From an uncultured virus (IMG/VR IMGVR_UViG_3300037961_006532) (lineage: Duplodnaviria; Heunggongvirae; Uroviricota; Caudoviricetes), in the IMG/VR virus record IMGVR_UViG_3300037961_006532, positions 1 to 64,000 of that record: DNA of 64,000 bases; one strand, given 5' to 3'. The translations under genes and the position numbers were made by a program. Below, in pieces: positions 50,630 through 61,588 of the stretch. The notes below the pieces were generated by a model. That model worked only from the letters and a program-made list of their open reading frames with translations, was not told the DNA's origin and ran no database searches. Position 1 is the first letter of the stretch, and every line of letters begins with the position of its first letter.

Positions 50630-51425
50630 TAAAAATTACAGTTACGAAACAGAATATGCTCAAATGACGAGCATATATTGCCCTTTTGAAATAAAAAATA
50701 GATTTGGGGATATAGTTATTAATCCTGATTATTTTGCAGGGTTTACTAATGAACCTAATTATTTATCTAGTATGTATACAGGATCATTTGGCGGGTTTAC
50801 TTTTATTCCTAAATTTTTAAGTGCTGAACAAAGTTTAAGTGATACTAGATTTTTTATTGATTACGGGGACGGTACTATAGTTTATAATACGTTATCATCT
50901 TTTCACCAATATACTTTACCAGGAGATTATAATGTAACATTAGTGGTATATAATAGTGCAGGTGAAGCATTCAAATCAGACCAACAAACAACTTTAAGAA
51001 TAAGAGAAGTAATACCCGATAAAATATTTTTAACATCATCTACTAATAATCAAAATGCCTCTGAAAGTACAATAAGATTTTTTATAACTAGATATAATAG
51101 CGCTAATACATCTAGAGTATTATCAGCTAATAATTATAAAATCGATTTATCACTTAAAGGAAATCAATCAAGTTTAGTTTCAGAAAGTGATTATTTAACT
51201 AATAAAAACTTTCAATATTCAGTTTCTAGTTTTTTCTTTAATGCACCTGATAGTAGTTTTAAAGTAATAGATGGAATTGAAACAAGTAGTGGTGATATAT
51301 ATGCTGAATATATTGATAAAGAAATAAAATTTAGTCATTCCCCTACTATTGAAAATACGTTTGTAGGAACATCAGGTCATGGAGAGTTTAGAGTTTATGA
51401 GCCTACTACTACGAAAACAATTTAA
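50622..51425 (+). CDS. PKD-domain virion protein
   Basis: IDYGDGT..HQYTLPGDYNVTLVV. Confidence 0.65.
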   Translation: MSNKNYSYETEYAQMTSIYCPFEIKNRFGDIVINPDYFAGFTNEPNYLSSMYTGSFGGFTFIPKFLSAEQSLSDTRFFIDYGDGTIVYNTLSSFHQYTLPGDYNVTLVVYNSAGEAFKSDQQTTLRIREVIPDKIFLTSSTNNQNASESTIRFFITRYNSANTSRVLSANNYKIDLSLKGNQSSLVSESDYLTNKNFQYSVSSFFFNAPDSSFKVIDGIETSSGDIYAEYIDKEIKFSHSPTIENTFVGTSGHGEFRVYEPTTTKTI

Positions 51426-51479
51426 TCTAATAGGACATTAACCTATTGTTTAAACGAATTCTAAAATTAAATAATATTA

Positions 51480-54400
51480 ATGGCGTATGAACGTAAAAAT
51501 TTTAATGAATTAAGAGGTCTTAACTTTAACAGTAAAGACGACAAATTCTCTTATAAAAGTGATAAAATTATTACTAATCATGGATTCGAATATCAAAAGT
51601 ATGATATGAATCTAAGTGCTAGGGACCTATTAACTAAAAATTATACTTCTAATATTTTAACAAGATTCGTAAACACTAATGAAATATTAAATTTTACTAA
51701 ACTTAATATTAAAAATACGCTTAATACTAAACTTACTTTCGGTGCAACTCAAGCTATATCAGGGGAACAAGTCTTAACTACTGCTACTAATAAAAAAGAT
51801 ACTGATAGCGTCTGCGTATTTGATATAGATTCTATTAATCAATTTGATAACGGGCAAAGTTTTTTAATTGATTTATTTGATAATGATTTATGTTCTATAT
51901 CTTTTAATGATGGATTAGCAAGAAAGTATTTATTTAACTATGATGATAAAGACGTTATATTTAAATTTTTAGATAATAATGAATTATTAAATAGAAATTT
52001 ATCTGCAAAATATTTCTTTCAATATAATTATGATTCTAATAATAATATTTTAAAATTATATAATAATAATAAAATTTTAACTACTGGTGTTAGAGTTATT
52101 TCTTCAACGTATAGAGCTTTCGATGAAGCATCTTCATCATTTGAAACTATAGTAACCACAAAAATTAAAGAAGCACCTGTACTTTCATCAATTAATTTTA
52201 AAACTTCAAGAAATGGTTTAATAAAAGTAGACCCTGCAGTATCATTAACTTTGCCTGAAAATTTAGATCAATATATTTATTATGATTTTGAAGATAATTA
52301 TAAAGTTAGCGATGATTCACTTTCAGGTATTAATTACAATATGATTAATTATTACCCGTATAGTAATATATTATTATCAGCTGTAGATTTAAGTGGTTCA
52401 AATAATAATTTTTATGTAGATTTAGATTTCTTTAATTTAAAAAATCATATATCAAATCATAATTTAATACATGGCGAAAACAAATTAGATGACCCATCTA
52501 AGCAACGTATATACTATTCATTTAGCAATAATAAAAATACCGAAGTAGCTAAAGAAAATTTATCATTAAACTACACGTTTTTTAATAAAGAGTATCAAAT
52601 ATTACCTAACAGGATGAATAAGCTAATAATGCCTGATGATATAACTCCTTACAAAAAAATTAATATTAATGATACTACATTAGCTAAAAACGGAGCATTT
52701 GCAGCTGAATCACCTTATTTTAGTGATAAAGTATTTAAATTAACTGATAAAAATAGAAATAATTTGCAAGATGAATTTACTGAGGTAGAAGATAATTTAG
52801 TTGCTAATCAAGAAGAAAGTTTTATATTACTTCAAAACGATGATATTTTAGGTTTTCAAAATATAAATGAATTACAAAAAAATGATATATTCGGAACTTA
52901 TTTATGTACTTGGTTAAAAAGTAATGGTAATGATGAAGGCACATGGTTCGATAGATATTATTTACCTGAAGATAAAAGTTATGTAATATCATTAACCGGT
53001 ACTAATTCATCTAATAGTTTTGATACAGTTGCTCAAGCTAAAAAATATTTTGAAAGCAACACGCCTGGCGTTTATTATGCAGATATAAAAAGTAACATGA
53101 CATTTGAACCTAATGCTGAATATTTATATCAAAGAATAGGTAAAGATTATATTAGCAATATGGTAGCTAATCAAAGCGGGTCATTAATTAAACAAAATTT
53201 TGAAGTTGCATTAAGCGGAAAGCAAGTAGTTTCAACCGATACTATTAACTTCAACGATACAAAAGGCTTTGATAATTTTAAAATAATTGATTTAGATAGA
53301 AAGAATTTTCATATAAGTTTTGATTTATCTCTTGATAGTTTATCATCATTTAATTCATATAATGTTATAGGTAATCAATATAATGATGGGTTTTCATTAA
53401 GAAATAATTTTTATTATACTCCTTTTATTTTTATACCATTTAAGAATACTATATCTATTTTTAACAATGAATTTAATAAAGTTAATACTATTACATTACC
53501 AGGAGTGTCTGATATATTAGATATTATTTACATTGAACAGAATAATGATATAGTAGTAATTTGTAGTAATAAAATAGTCAAAACAAACGTTTTGGGGGAA
53601 ATAATAAGTGAAGTATCATTAGAAGAGAATGATAAATTTTATGCTGATAGTAATGGTCTTAAAGAAATATGCGCAGGTACAAGTGGAAGATATGCTTATG
53701 GTGCGCAGAATTGTTTATTCTTTACTAATAACTATTATGGATCCAATTCTCAAGTTTTAAATTTAGATCTTAATAGTTTAACTATAACAGATTTAAATAT
53801 TCCATTTAGAGAAACTTCTGCTTATAAAAGTGCTGTGACACACCCAGTTAGCGGAGTTGTACCATTAGATGGAAGAAGCCCAGTTTATGTAAATGATGAA
53901 ACAGCTATAACTTTAGAAAATTCTCAACGATTTATATCTATTCAAAACATACCTGGAGAAGCTTTTGTAGGTACTGCATTACAAGGTACGTATGTATCAG
54001 GTATACCTGCTGGTACTTCATTTACAAAAGAGCAGTATGATCCTATTAATGCAGTTAGAGGTGATCCTACTTCACCTGCTGGTTATGATGAATTTTTTGT
54101 ATTTAAAACTGAACGATCTAATAGAATTATATTTGACGTATTTCAGGGTGGAACTGAATTAGATCCTATTATTGATACTATTGATAGTGAGATGGATGCT
54201 ATAGGAGGAATTGATAACAGAGTATATGCTATGGTATTTACTGATGGTGTAGGTAAGCTTGATGTAACTACTGATAAAAGATTTAAATTAAGTTCATTTC
54301 CAATCCAAACAGCTGCAATATCTGCAGTTGGTATTGACTTTATTCATGAAGATGGTGATTGGAAAGCATTATGCTTTTCGCAAGATATTACCGGTAATAC

Positions 54401-56033
54401 TTTATTAGATAAAATTAATACAAATACAGGTGAAATAGAAAAGACTATAGCTTTAAATGTAAGTTCATTTTCACCTAGAGAAACTGTCATAATGAAACCT
54501 CAAACTAAATTTGAGATGACTTCAGCTGCTTTAGGATTTAGAGCCTTAAGTTCTGTATTCGTACCTTACAATGAAAACTTTTTATCAGCTATGCCTGTAC
54601 CTTTTTCTAGTTATGATATTATAAAAAATCAAAGAATATTATTTAATGAATTTACTCAATTAGTTGCTGGTCCTGTTGATGAAGATGGAGGTAGTATCCT
54701 TACTGTAGATACATTTACAGGTAATACAGGACGTACCCCAGGGTTTTATTTAGAACAAACAGGCACAACTGACAGTGCTGTTAGTCCTAGCCCCATTGTT
54801 GGTACTTTTAAAATACATGTTAGTCAAGCTGGAGAAATATCTGCAGTAGATACATTTGCAGGAAGCTTCCGTAATGCAGTTGGGGATATTATTACTGTAC
54901 CTGATAATACTATAGGCGGTTCAGGAAACTTTACCTTTAGAGTAGCTACCACTACAACTACTAATTCAAAAGGAAATGAAATTAAAAATCACGTACTTGC
55001 AGAATTAACTCAAGCTAATAATAGCTATCTTTCTGCAAATATGTTAAGATCTACTTTTACAGGCGGTACTATAGTACAACATAAATATAGAAATCTTCAA
55101 GATAAATTAACTTTTCAAATGAAAGTTAATAATAATATTGGTATAAGAAATGATTCTATAAATTGGGACTTAGCAGGCCCTCCATTTTCAGCAACTGGGT
55201 TTGATGATTATGAATGGAATTTAAATACAGGTATAAGTCCTTTCAGTGCTTCTGTGACAAAAGCAATAACAGGGTGGTCTGGTAAATTTACTAATATTGT
55301 TACAGGTTCAGCAGCTAATTTTGAAATTAACACACCTGTACCATTTGTAAAACCTGACAATCATTTCAACTTAGATTTCAATTTAAATAATGGGTTAATT
55401 ACATTGTATAATAATGGTTTAATGTTTGGTAAATATTTTCTAAATCCATCTTTATTTCCTATGCAAAGAATATTATCACCGGATGTATTTATTAATTTAC
55501 CAGTTGTAAGAAATGAAAGTTTAAATAACATTCTTTCATCAGTTAAATTTTATTCAGATAAAGGTACAATAAGAAATTTAAAAGTATATGATAGAAGTTT
55601 GAATCAAGATTTAGTTAACTATATTGTATTAAATGATACTGATATGACTGTAGATAATTTATATTTTGACATGTATAATAATACAAGAAATAATATTGAA
55701 GAAATCGATACTATGTTTAATTATAAAATACCTGGTAGTAAAACAAACTATGGTAAAATTAGAATTAAAAATATCAATGTTAATGACGATAATATTGAAA
55801 GTTTAATTAAGTATGTACATTTAAAAATCCAAGAAAAGATTCCATCCAGTGTATTGAATTTAACATATAATGTTAACAAAGAAGATTATCATATTATGGA
55901 TAATGGGCGCGTAATGAAGGGAGCAGTCCATGAAGATGAAACAGATTATTTAAATACAATTGATATATCAAATATTGATGTAAATAATATTATCGAACAA
56001 AATAATACAACAGATAGTGGGGGAGGTTATTAA
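51480..56033 (+). CDS. Large virion (baseplate/fibre-associated) protein
   Basis: 1517 aa, beta-rich; late motif; follows gp25/gp6. Confidence 0.6.
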   Translation: MAYERKNFNELRGLNFNSKDDKFSYKSDKIITNHGFEYQKYDMNLSARDLLTKNYTSNILTRFVNTNEILNFTKLNIKNTLNTKLTFGATQAISGEQVLTTATNKKDTDSVCVFDIDSINQFDNGQSFLIDLFDNDLCSISFNDGLARKYLFNYDDKDVIFKFLDNNELLNRNLSAKYFFQYNYDSNNNILKLYNNNKILTTGVRVISSTYRAFDEASSSFETIVTTKIKEAPVLSSINFKTSRNGLIKVDPAVSLTLPENLDQYIYYDFEDNYKVSDDSLSGINYNMINYYPYSNILLSAVDLSGSNNNFYVDLDFFNLKNHISNHNLIHGENKLDDPSKQRIYYSFSNNKNTEVAKENLSLNYTFFNKEYQILPNRMNKLIMPDDITPYKKININDTTLAKNGAFAAESPYFSDKVFKLTDKNRNNLQDEFTEVEDNLVANQEESFILLQNDDILGFQNINELQKNDIFGTYLCTWLKSNGNDEGTWFDRYYLPEDKSYVISLTGTNSSNSFDTVAQAKKYFESNTPGVYYADIKSNMTFEPNAEYLYQRIGKDYISNMVANQSGSLIKQNFEVALSGKQVVSTDTINFNDTKGFDNFKIIDLDRKNFHISFDLSLDSLSSFNSYNVIGNQYNDGFSLRNNFYYTPFIFIPFKNTISIFNNEFNKVNTITLPGVSDILDIIYIEQNNDIVVICSNKIVKTNVLGEIISEVSLEENDKFYADSNGLKEICAGTSGRYAYGAQNCLFFTNNYYGSNSQVLNLDLNSLTITDLNIPFRETSAYKSAVTHPVSGVVPLDGRSPVYVNDETAITLENSQRFISIQNIPGEAFVGTALQGTYVSGIPAGTSFTKEQYDPINAVRGDPTSPAGYDEFFVFKTERSNRIIFDVFQGGTELDPIIDTIDSEMDAIGGIDNRVYAMVFTDGVGKLDVTTDKRFKLSSFPIQTAAISAVGIDFIHEDGDWKALCFSQDITGNTLLDKINTNTGEIEKTIALNVSSFSPRETVIMKPQTKFEMTSAALGFRALSSVFVPYNENFLSAMPVPFSSYDIIKNQRILFNEFTQLVAGPVDEDGGSILTVDTFTGNTGRTPGFYLEQTGTTDSAVSPSPIVGTFKIHVSQAGEISAVDTFAGSFRNAVGDIITVPDNTIGGSGNFTFRVATTTTTNSKGNEIKNHVLAELTQANNSYLSANMLRSTFTGGTIVQHKYRNLQDKLTFQMKVNNNIGIRNDSINWDLAGPPFSATGFDDYEWNLNTGISPFSASVTKAITGWSGKFTNIVTGSAANFEINTPVPFVKPDNHFNLDFNLNNGLITLYNNGLMFGKYFLNPSLFPMQRILSPDVFINLPVVRNESLNNILSSVKFYSDKGTIRNLKVYDRSLNQDLVNYIVLNDTDMTVDNLYFDMYNNTRNNIEEIDTMFNYKIPGSKTNYGKIRIKNINVNDDNIESLIKYVHLKIQEKIPSSVLNLTYNVNKEDYHIMDNGRVMKGAVHEDETDYLNTIDISNIDVNNIIEQNNTTDSGGGY
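54702..54947 (+). repeat. Approx. 82-aa module, copy 1
   Basis: TVDTFTG..GRTPGFY..QTGTTDS..VGTFKIHV..ISAVDTFA..GGSGNFTFRVA. Confidence 0.9.
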
Positions 56034-58474
56034 TGAGTTATCATAATACAGGTTCCGGATATTCTAACCAATCAAGAAATAATAATGCTAACTTAGCTAG
56101 CAATCAAGAGATTGAAGATATTTTTAAAGCATCTACTATTGTCTCTTCTTTATGTAATAGAATTGTTTATAATAAAAGATTTTATTATACTGACGGTTTT
56201 GATTTTTTATTTGAAGGACGTAACTATATAGGATATGTAAACATAGATGAAAATAATCAAGCTTGGAAGTCAAAATACGATCAAATTTTTAAAGTACTGC
56301 CATTAGAAAATACCTTTAACGATAATATATTTGACGGTAAATATTATGATACAACTATATTTTCTGATTTAGTTTTTGATTTTACATTAGACGATATTCT
56401 TTTTAAACCTAATGAATTAATAAACAAAAATTCAATAAATTATAAATTAGATAAATTATATGACAATTTTCTAAAAATTTATAATTTTTGTAATATGAGT
56501 GACCCTCTATTGCCAGACAATTTTCCAGCTTATGTTGCTTTATCATCAAATGCTTCATTTAAATCACCTAAAGAAGAGCCAGTCTTTAATCCAGGGGGAG
56601 CTGATAACAATACATTCTTTAAAGTAATAAGTACATCAGAACAGTTTTTATCAGCTGGTTCATTAGATACTAATGTTTATCCTCCATTGTCGGTTTTTGA
56701 TGTTAGATTTACACATGCAGAAAATACTAGTATCGAATTTCTGAAAAGTGAAAAAGATAATAGTTTATATACTATGTTTATGACTATCAGTTCGGTTATA
56801 TATGCATTTAAATTAGATGATGATCATACAACATTTACTCAAATAGCTAGTACTCTTAACGTTGGAGGAGCTGCTAATCAAATTACTTTTGATAATATTA
56901 CAAGTCTAACAACGGACGGAAAAGATATGCTTTATGTAAATGATAATAGTAAAAATCAAATCCATAAATTATATGTAGGTACTATTATTAATGAAGATAG
57001 AACAGGGGTAAGAGATTTTCAACATATTGATACAATTGGATCTCCAGGTAAATATAACACTAATTTAAATTCAAATGAAGCAATAGTTTATGGAGATGAT
57101 AGTGTTTATGTTTATAAACCTGATTCTTATAGTATAAGAAAATTTACTAAAGATTTTAAATTTGTTACTGAATATTTTAATGAAAGATTCTTTAAGAATA
57201 ATACTTTTAGAAATATGTCCTATAACAAATATCATAATGAAATTTGGGTTGTAACTGAAAACTTCCAAGTTTTAATATTAGATGGACCGTCGTTAACAAG
57301 ATTAGATCAATTTGAATTTAACTCTAATAAGTTTGCATATACTATACCATTGATACCTAACTTTAAAGAGACACCTAGAAAGATTGAATTTTCTTCGAAT
57401 AATAGTAACATATATTATTTAGTTACTAATAAAAACGTATACAAATATTATATCAATAAGCAAAGTGAATTAATTAATAAATTTACTATTGATTTTTCAT
57501 TTGATGATCCTTACCTATGGAATACAATTTTCGATAGATGGGGATTAAGTGCTAACTTTCCTCTTTCTGCTGGTGATGGTATAACGTCTGACGATGCTAG
57601 AATAGGTAATCAATACCCAGGTGGTAGAATTGCAACTGCAGATACATTTACAGGTGCCGGGGGACGTACTCCAGGATTTTACTTTAATCAAACAGGTACA
57701 ACTGATAGCGTTGATGCTAATGTACATGTTGGTACTTTTAAGATACATGTTAATCCATCCGGAACTATATCTGCAGTAGATACATTTGCATATGGTGCTA
57801 ATAATAAAGTTGGAGATGTTATAACCGTGCCTGATACTACTATTGGAGGGTCAGGAAACTTTACCTTTAGAGTTGCTTCTAAAGCTGACCCTGTTGAATA
57901 TTACACAGCTTTAGAAGGTACGCAATTATATTGGGATCAATTGCCTAATTATGATAGATTCTTCTTTGTTAACAATCCTATAGTTAGTGTTAATGACGAT
58001 ATTAATAATAAAGAAACTTTATTAGTATTAGGTAATACAAGATTATTTAAATTTGTTGAAAAGAATGATAATGCTTCTTTGTTATCTGATAAGTATCCTA
58101 ACTTTTATAAGAAGAGTGAGATATTTTTAGATAAAGAATTATTCAATAATATTACATTTAACTTAGCAGTATATAAACATATAACTAATTTAAATATTTT
58201 ACTCCAAAATTTAAACAAAAAAGCAACAGCAAGATTTGATCAAAGTGAATATTTATTTTTTGATGATTTTAGTGAAATAAGTTATGACGCAAAGCAAAAA
58301 TTTACTATTAAAGACCCAAGACAATTTTTTGTAGGCGTTAATGAAGTATTAACAGGTAATGTATTGAACAGGGTCATATCTAATTTATACAACTACCAGG
58401 AAGGAATATTAAAATTAACAGAGGTAGAAAGGATAGGTCTCCGAATACCTCCTTTATCTACTGTGTTTATTTAA
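56033..58474 (+). CDS. Virion protein with beta-propeller-like region
   Basis: LYVND..NQI, VYVY..IRKF, IWVV blade-like repeats. Confidence 0.55.
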   Translation: MSYHNTGSGYSNQSRNNNANLASNQEIEDIFKASTIVSSLCNRIVYNKRFYYTDGFDFLFEGRNYIGYVNIDENNQAWKSKYDQIFKVLPLENTFNDNIFDGKYYDTTIFSDLVFDFTLDDILFKPNELINKNSINYKLDKLYDNFLKIYNFCNMSDPLLPDNFPAYVALSSNASFKSPKEEPVFNPGGADNNTFFKVISTSEQFLSAGSLDTNVYPPLSVFDVRFTHAENTSIEFLKSEKDNSLYTMFMTISSVIYAFKLDDDHTTFTQIASTLNVGGAANQITFDNITSLTTDGKDMLYVNDNSKNQIHKLYVGTIINEDRTGVRDFQHIDTIGSPGKYNTNLNSNEAIVYGDDSVYVYKPDSYSIRKFTKDFKFVTEYFNERFFKNNTFRNMSYNKYHNEIWVVTENFQVLILDGPSLTRLDQFEFNSNKFAYTIPLIPNFKETPRKIEFSSNNSNIYYLVTNKNVYKYYINKQSELINKFTIDFSFDDPYLWNTIFDRWGLSANFPLSAGDGITSDDARIGNQYPGGRIATADTFTGAGGRTPGFYFNQTGTTDSVDANVHVGTFKIHVNPSGTISAVDTFAYGANNKVGDVITVPDTTIGGSGNFTFRVASKADPVEYYTALEGTQLYWDQLPNYDRFFFVNNPIVSVNDDINNKETLLVLGNTRLFKFVEKNDNASLLSDKYPNFYKKSEIFLDKELFNNITFNLAVYKHITNLNILLQNLNKKATARFDQSEYLFFDDFSEISYDAKQKFTIKDPRQFFVGVNEVLTGNVLNRVISNLYNYQEGILKLTEVERIGLRIPPLSTVFI
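57635..57877 (+). repeat. Approx. 82-aa module, copy 2
   Basis: TADTFTG..GRTPGFY..QTGTTDS..VGTFKIHV..ISAVDTFA..GGSGNFTFRVA. Confidence 0.9.
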
Positions 58475-58485
58475 TAAATATTATT

Positions 58486-59328
58486 ATGCCAGATTACGAA
58501 TCATATAGAGGTAAAGCAATTGCATTAACGTTTACCAGTGTATTTAAGACAGGAGACAATAAAGAGTTACCTTTTAATACGTCTAACAGAGATGAGCCTG
58601 CGGTTTTTTCTCAAGGGGCTTTAAGATCAGTAGAGCCTAATGCATTAGCAACTATAACCGATGGAGGAGGGGTTCCGTCTTCCTTAGCTATAGGTCAACA
58701 ACATGCTGGGGTTAAAATTTTCGGTCCTACCCATATTTGTAATATAGGTACACCTTTAGGTGAACCAGGTACCGGTTGCACATATCTATGCGTTGATGGA
58801 GGTAAAGCTGTATTTACTAACAATATATCTGTTGGAGGTAATGCTGATGTAACTGGTGATATTACTGTAAATGATATCACTGCATCTGGTTGTATAATTG
58901 GTGCTAATATATGCTCAACAGCTACTATATGCGCTGATACAACCATACAAGCAACAGGTAATATTACCTCAGGTTCAACAATACAAGGAGTTAATTTATG
59001 TGCAACAGGCACTATACAATCAAATGGAGATATTATTGCATTTGCATCATCTGATAAAAACCTTAAAAGTAATATTAAAAAGATTCAAAATAGTAATAAT
59101 ATTCTTAAAGGTATTAATGGATACACATTTGATTGGAACGAAGAAGCAGAAAGATCCGGAAGTGATTACGGGGTTATAGCTCAAGAAATTCAAGAAGTTG
59201 TACCTGAAATAGTTGTTGAAAGATCTAACGGAACTCTTGCAGTTGATTATCAAAAACTTATTCCGATTTTAATTGAAGAAGTTAAGAGCTTAAATAATAG
59301 AATAGAAGTATTGGAGGGTAAAAAATAA
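58486..59328 (+). CDS. Tail fibre/spike protein with peptidase S74 intramolecular chaperone
   Basis: Beta-helix-like repeats; SDKNLKSNI, YTFDW, GVIAQEI, VDYQKLIPILIE, coiled-coil. Confidence 0.8.
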   Translation: MPDYESYRGKAIALTFTSVFKTGDNKELPFNTSNRDEPAVFSQGALRSVEPNALATITDGGGVPSSLAIGQQHAGVKIFGPTHICNIGTPLGEPGTGCTYLCVDGGKAVFTNNISVGGNADVTGDITVNDITASGCIIGANICSTATICADTTIQATGNITSGSTIQGVNLCATGTIQSNGDIIAFASSDKNLKSNIKKIQNSNNILKGINGYTFDWNEEAERSGSDYGVIAQEIQEVVPEIVVERSNGTLAVDYQKLIPILIEEVKSLNNRIEVLEGKK

Positions 59329-60230
59329 TGGCCACTTTAGCAGGTAAAGATATAAATCAATCCTATCAAGGTTTAGTTAAAGCTATTGACAATAATGCAT
59401 TTACTGGTAAAGTTGACTTAACTGATGGTACAGGTGGAGCTCTTTCATTACAGTTAGGTAGAAAAGATTTAAATAACGGCGCTTCAGTTACTGGTAGTTT
59501 AGACACAACTGGATCAGTTACAGTAGGTACTAATTTAATAGTTAACAATACTTCGACACATACAGGTGATATTAATGCAGTAAGCGATATACATGTATCT
59601 AATGATTTAACAATAGCAGGTAATCTTACTGCTAACTCTCCTACCTTCTTAGGTGATATGGTATTTAGAGGGCCAACCACATTATATAATACTTTGAGTG
59701 TAGTAGGTTCAACAACGTTAAGTGGATCGTTAAGTGTTGGTGGAGGTTTTGATGCATCTATTACTGGTAATCTATCATGTGATGGTGATATTATAGCATT
59801 TGCTTCATCAGATAAAAGACTTAAAGAAAATATACAACCATTAGATTCTAAGATTTATTTTGATGAGCTTAAAGCTTATACATTTGATTGGAAAGAAGAA
59901 GCTCCATTAGCTGGAGAAGGTAAAGGATTTATTGCTCAAGAAGTTGAAAAGGTCGATCCAACATTAATAAAATTAAGCCCTTCTAATCATTTACAAGTCA
60001 ATTATATAAGTTTTATTCCTATACTGTTTAATGAAGTTCAAAGTCTTAAAAAAGAAATTGAAGAATTAAAAAATGGAAATATTATTCAGGAGAACACTCC
60101 TAACAATGAAATTGAATTATTAAAGGAAGAAATATCTAATTTGAGTACTGAGTTAAAAGCATTAAAATTATGTTGTTATCCAGTATATCAACCAACTAAG
60201 AAGAGAGTTAATAGTAAGAAAAAATCTTAA
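59328..60230 (+). CDS. Second tail fibre/spike protein with peptidase S74 chaperone
   Basis: SDKRLKENI, YTFDW, GFIAQEV, VNY. Confidence 0.8.
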   Translation: MATLAGKDINQSYQGLVKAIDNNAFTGKVDLTDGTGGALSLQLGRKDLNNGASVTGSLDTTGSVTVGTNLIVNNTSTHTGDINAVSDIHVSNDLTIAGNLTANSPTFLGDMVFRGPTTLYNTLSVVGSTTLSGSLSVGGGFDASITGNLSCDGDIIAFASSDKRLKENIQPLDSKIYFDELKAYTFDWKEEAPLAGEGKGFIAQEVEKVDPTLIKLSPSNHLQVNYISFIPILFNEVQSLKKEIEELKNGNIIQENTPNNEIELLKEEISNLSTELKALKLCCYPVYQPTKKRVNSKKKS

Positions 60231-61588
60231 CCTAAATTTAAACTTATATCTTTAATACCCTGACCAACATAATAAGCTGTCTTCATTTGCCTAATAAAAA
60301 CATTACTACCAGCAATATCAGCTACGTTAAAAGATATAGGTGGTTTTTTGAAATCAAACGTAGTTTCAGTAAAGTTAAATCCTTTCATAGCATATCCTAA
60401 TGCTGTATCTTTTAGATCATCAGGTGCATGTGTTGCAGTACCAATACTGGTCGAGATTATTGAAAAGAATGGGTATGATTGTTCTAAACTTAACCCTGAA
60501 GTTCTAGTAAATCTAATAGTCTCTGAATCTACTTCAGTTAAAGAACCGGCTAATATACCCTCTCCATCTGCTGGATGGTAGAATGTTTGATCAGTAATGT
60601 CAATATTACCATCAAAAGCGTTTAAGTTTCCACTATATGCAAAACCAATTCTTCCATATCTAGGAAATTTATTTAAGTAAGTTTCTGATGCACCTCTACT
60701 ATTCAAATCAATAGTTGAAAGAGATGCTAAATTAATATACTCTCCTCCGCTAAGTAAATCTACTCTTACGTTAGTTAAAAATGCAGAGAATTTAATTCTA
60801 AAGCTTAAACCTTGACTAAAATAAGCAGCACTTGTGTTAGGCGTGTATGTTACTTTACCAGGTACTTGAGAATAACCTGTAGATAATATAGGTAAAGAAG
60901 CAGTAGTATTACAATGTGTAGCAACTGAAAATGGTTCATCTCTACCTCTTGCTTTAGAACTTAAAGAGTCAGTTAAGATTCTATTTGTAATAGAATAAGG
61001 GGTTAAATAATCATTACCTCCGCTAGTAAAAGCAAAACCTTTTAATCCATATCCTCCTCTACCATCAATAGCAACTGAGGCAATATGATTTAAATAAGGC
61101 CTAACTCTTGTCTTACTAGGATCATAAGTATGTGTAAGTGTTTGGTAATTAGTAGTTGGATCATTATAAGTATTATTAGTAAACCCATCACCCCAGAATA
61201 CTGGTAAAAATTTAGCTCTAGGCAATCCACTAACAGAAACTAAAGTAGTAACCGATGTTGGGTCTGAAAACTGCCATAGTAAAGGTGTACCTGCTCCTCC
61301 AAAAGGAGATAAAGCAACGTTATCATCTAACCCATTTATGTTAGGCAATATACCTAAACCGTAACCTGAAGTCATAGCAGCGAATGAATCTCTAACAAAC
61401 TCATTACTATCATACATATCAGTATCAGATATAAAAATAGCGATTCCTTCTGCACTAGTAATAGGACCAGCTGTAGTAAATGATATATAATTATCTTTAT
61501 ATAAATCTAAGTTATTAGATTTAAAATACACCTTACTAGTCTTTTCTGATGCAGATAATGGTACTGTCCATCCTTCGGTTACGCTCAT
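60227..61588 (-). CDS. Putative virion protein (PKD-like insert, possible lectin-like fold)
   Basis: FWGDG..LTHTY; EGIAIF..RIGFAYSG pattern; TAAATA-N5-ATG. Confidence 0.45.
   Translation of the reverse strand: MSVTEGWTVPLSASEKTSKVYFKSNNLDLYKDNYISFTTAGPITSAEGIAIFISDTDMYDSNEFVRDSFAAMTSGYGLGILPNINGLDDNVALSPFGGAGTPLLWQFSDPTSVTTLVSVSGLPRAKFLPVFWGDGFTNNTYNDPTTNYQTLTHTYDPSKTRVRPYLNHIASVAIDGRGGYGLKGFAFTSGGNDYLTPYSITNRILTDSLSSKARGRDEPFSVATHCNTTASLPILSTGYSQVPGKVTYTPNTSAAYFSQGLSFRIKFSAFLTNVRVDLLSGGEYINLASLSTIDLNSRGASETYLNKFPRYGRIGFAYSGNLNAFDGNIDITDQTFYHPADGEGILAGSLTEVDSETIRFTRTSGLSLEQSYPFFSIISTSIGTATHAPDDLKDTALGYAMKGFNFTETTFDFKKPPISFNVADIAGSNVFIRQMKTAYYVGQGIKDISLNLG

Noticed and set aside
54702..57877. 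Diversity-generating retroelement TR/VR pair
   Set aside because: Differences are not adenine-specific, include an indel and many synonymous changes; both copies are in-frame coding; no reverse transcriptase in the window
58695..59680. Antisense ORFs 58695-59012, 59047-59253, 59366-59680 and alternative-frame ORF 58898-59179
   Set aside because: Shadows of repetitive fibre genes; no promoter motif or recognisable product
6060..60581. Other short overlapping ORFs (6060, 9921, 10785, 12203, 28855, 30646, 40968, 45478, 46264, 46725, 57071, 57545, 60348)
   Set aside because: They lie within or across well-supported genes, lack the promoter geometry and have no recognisable motifs
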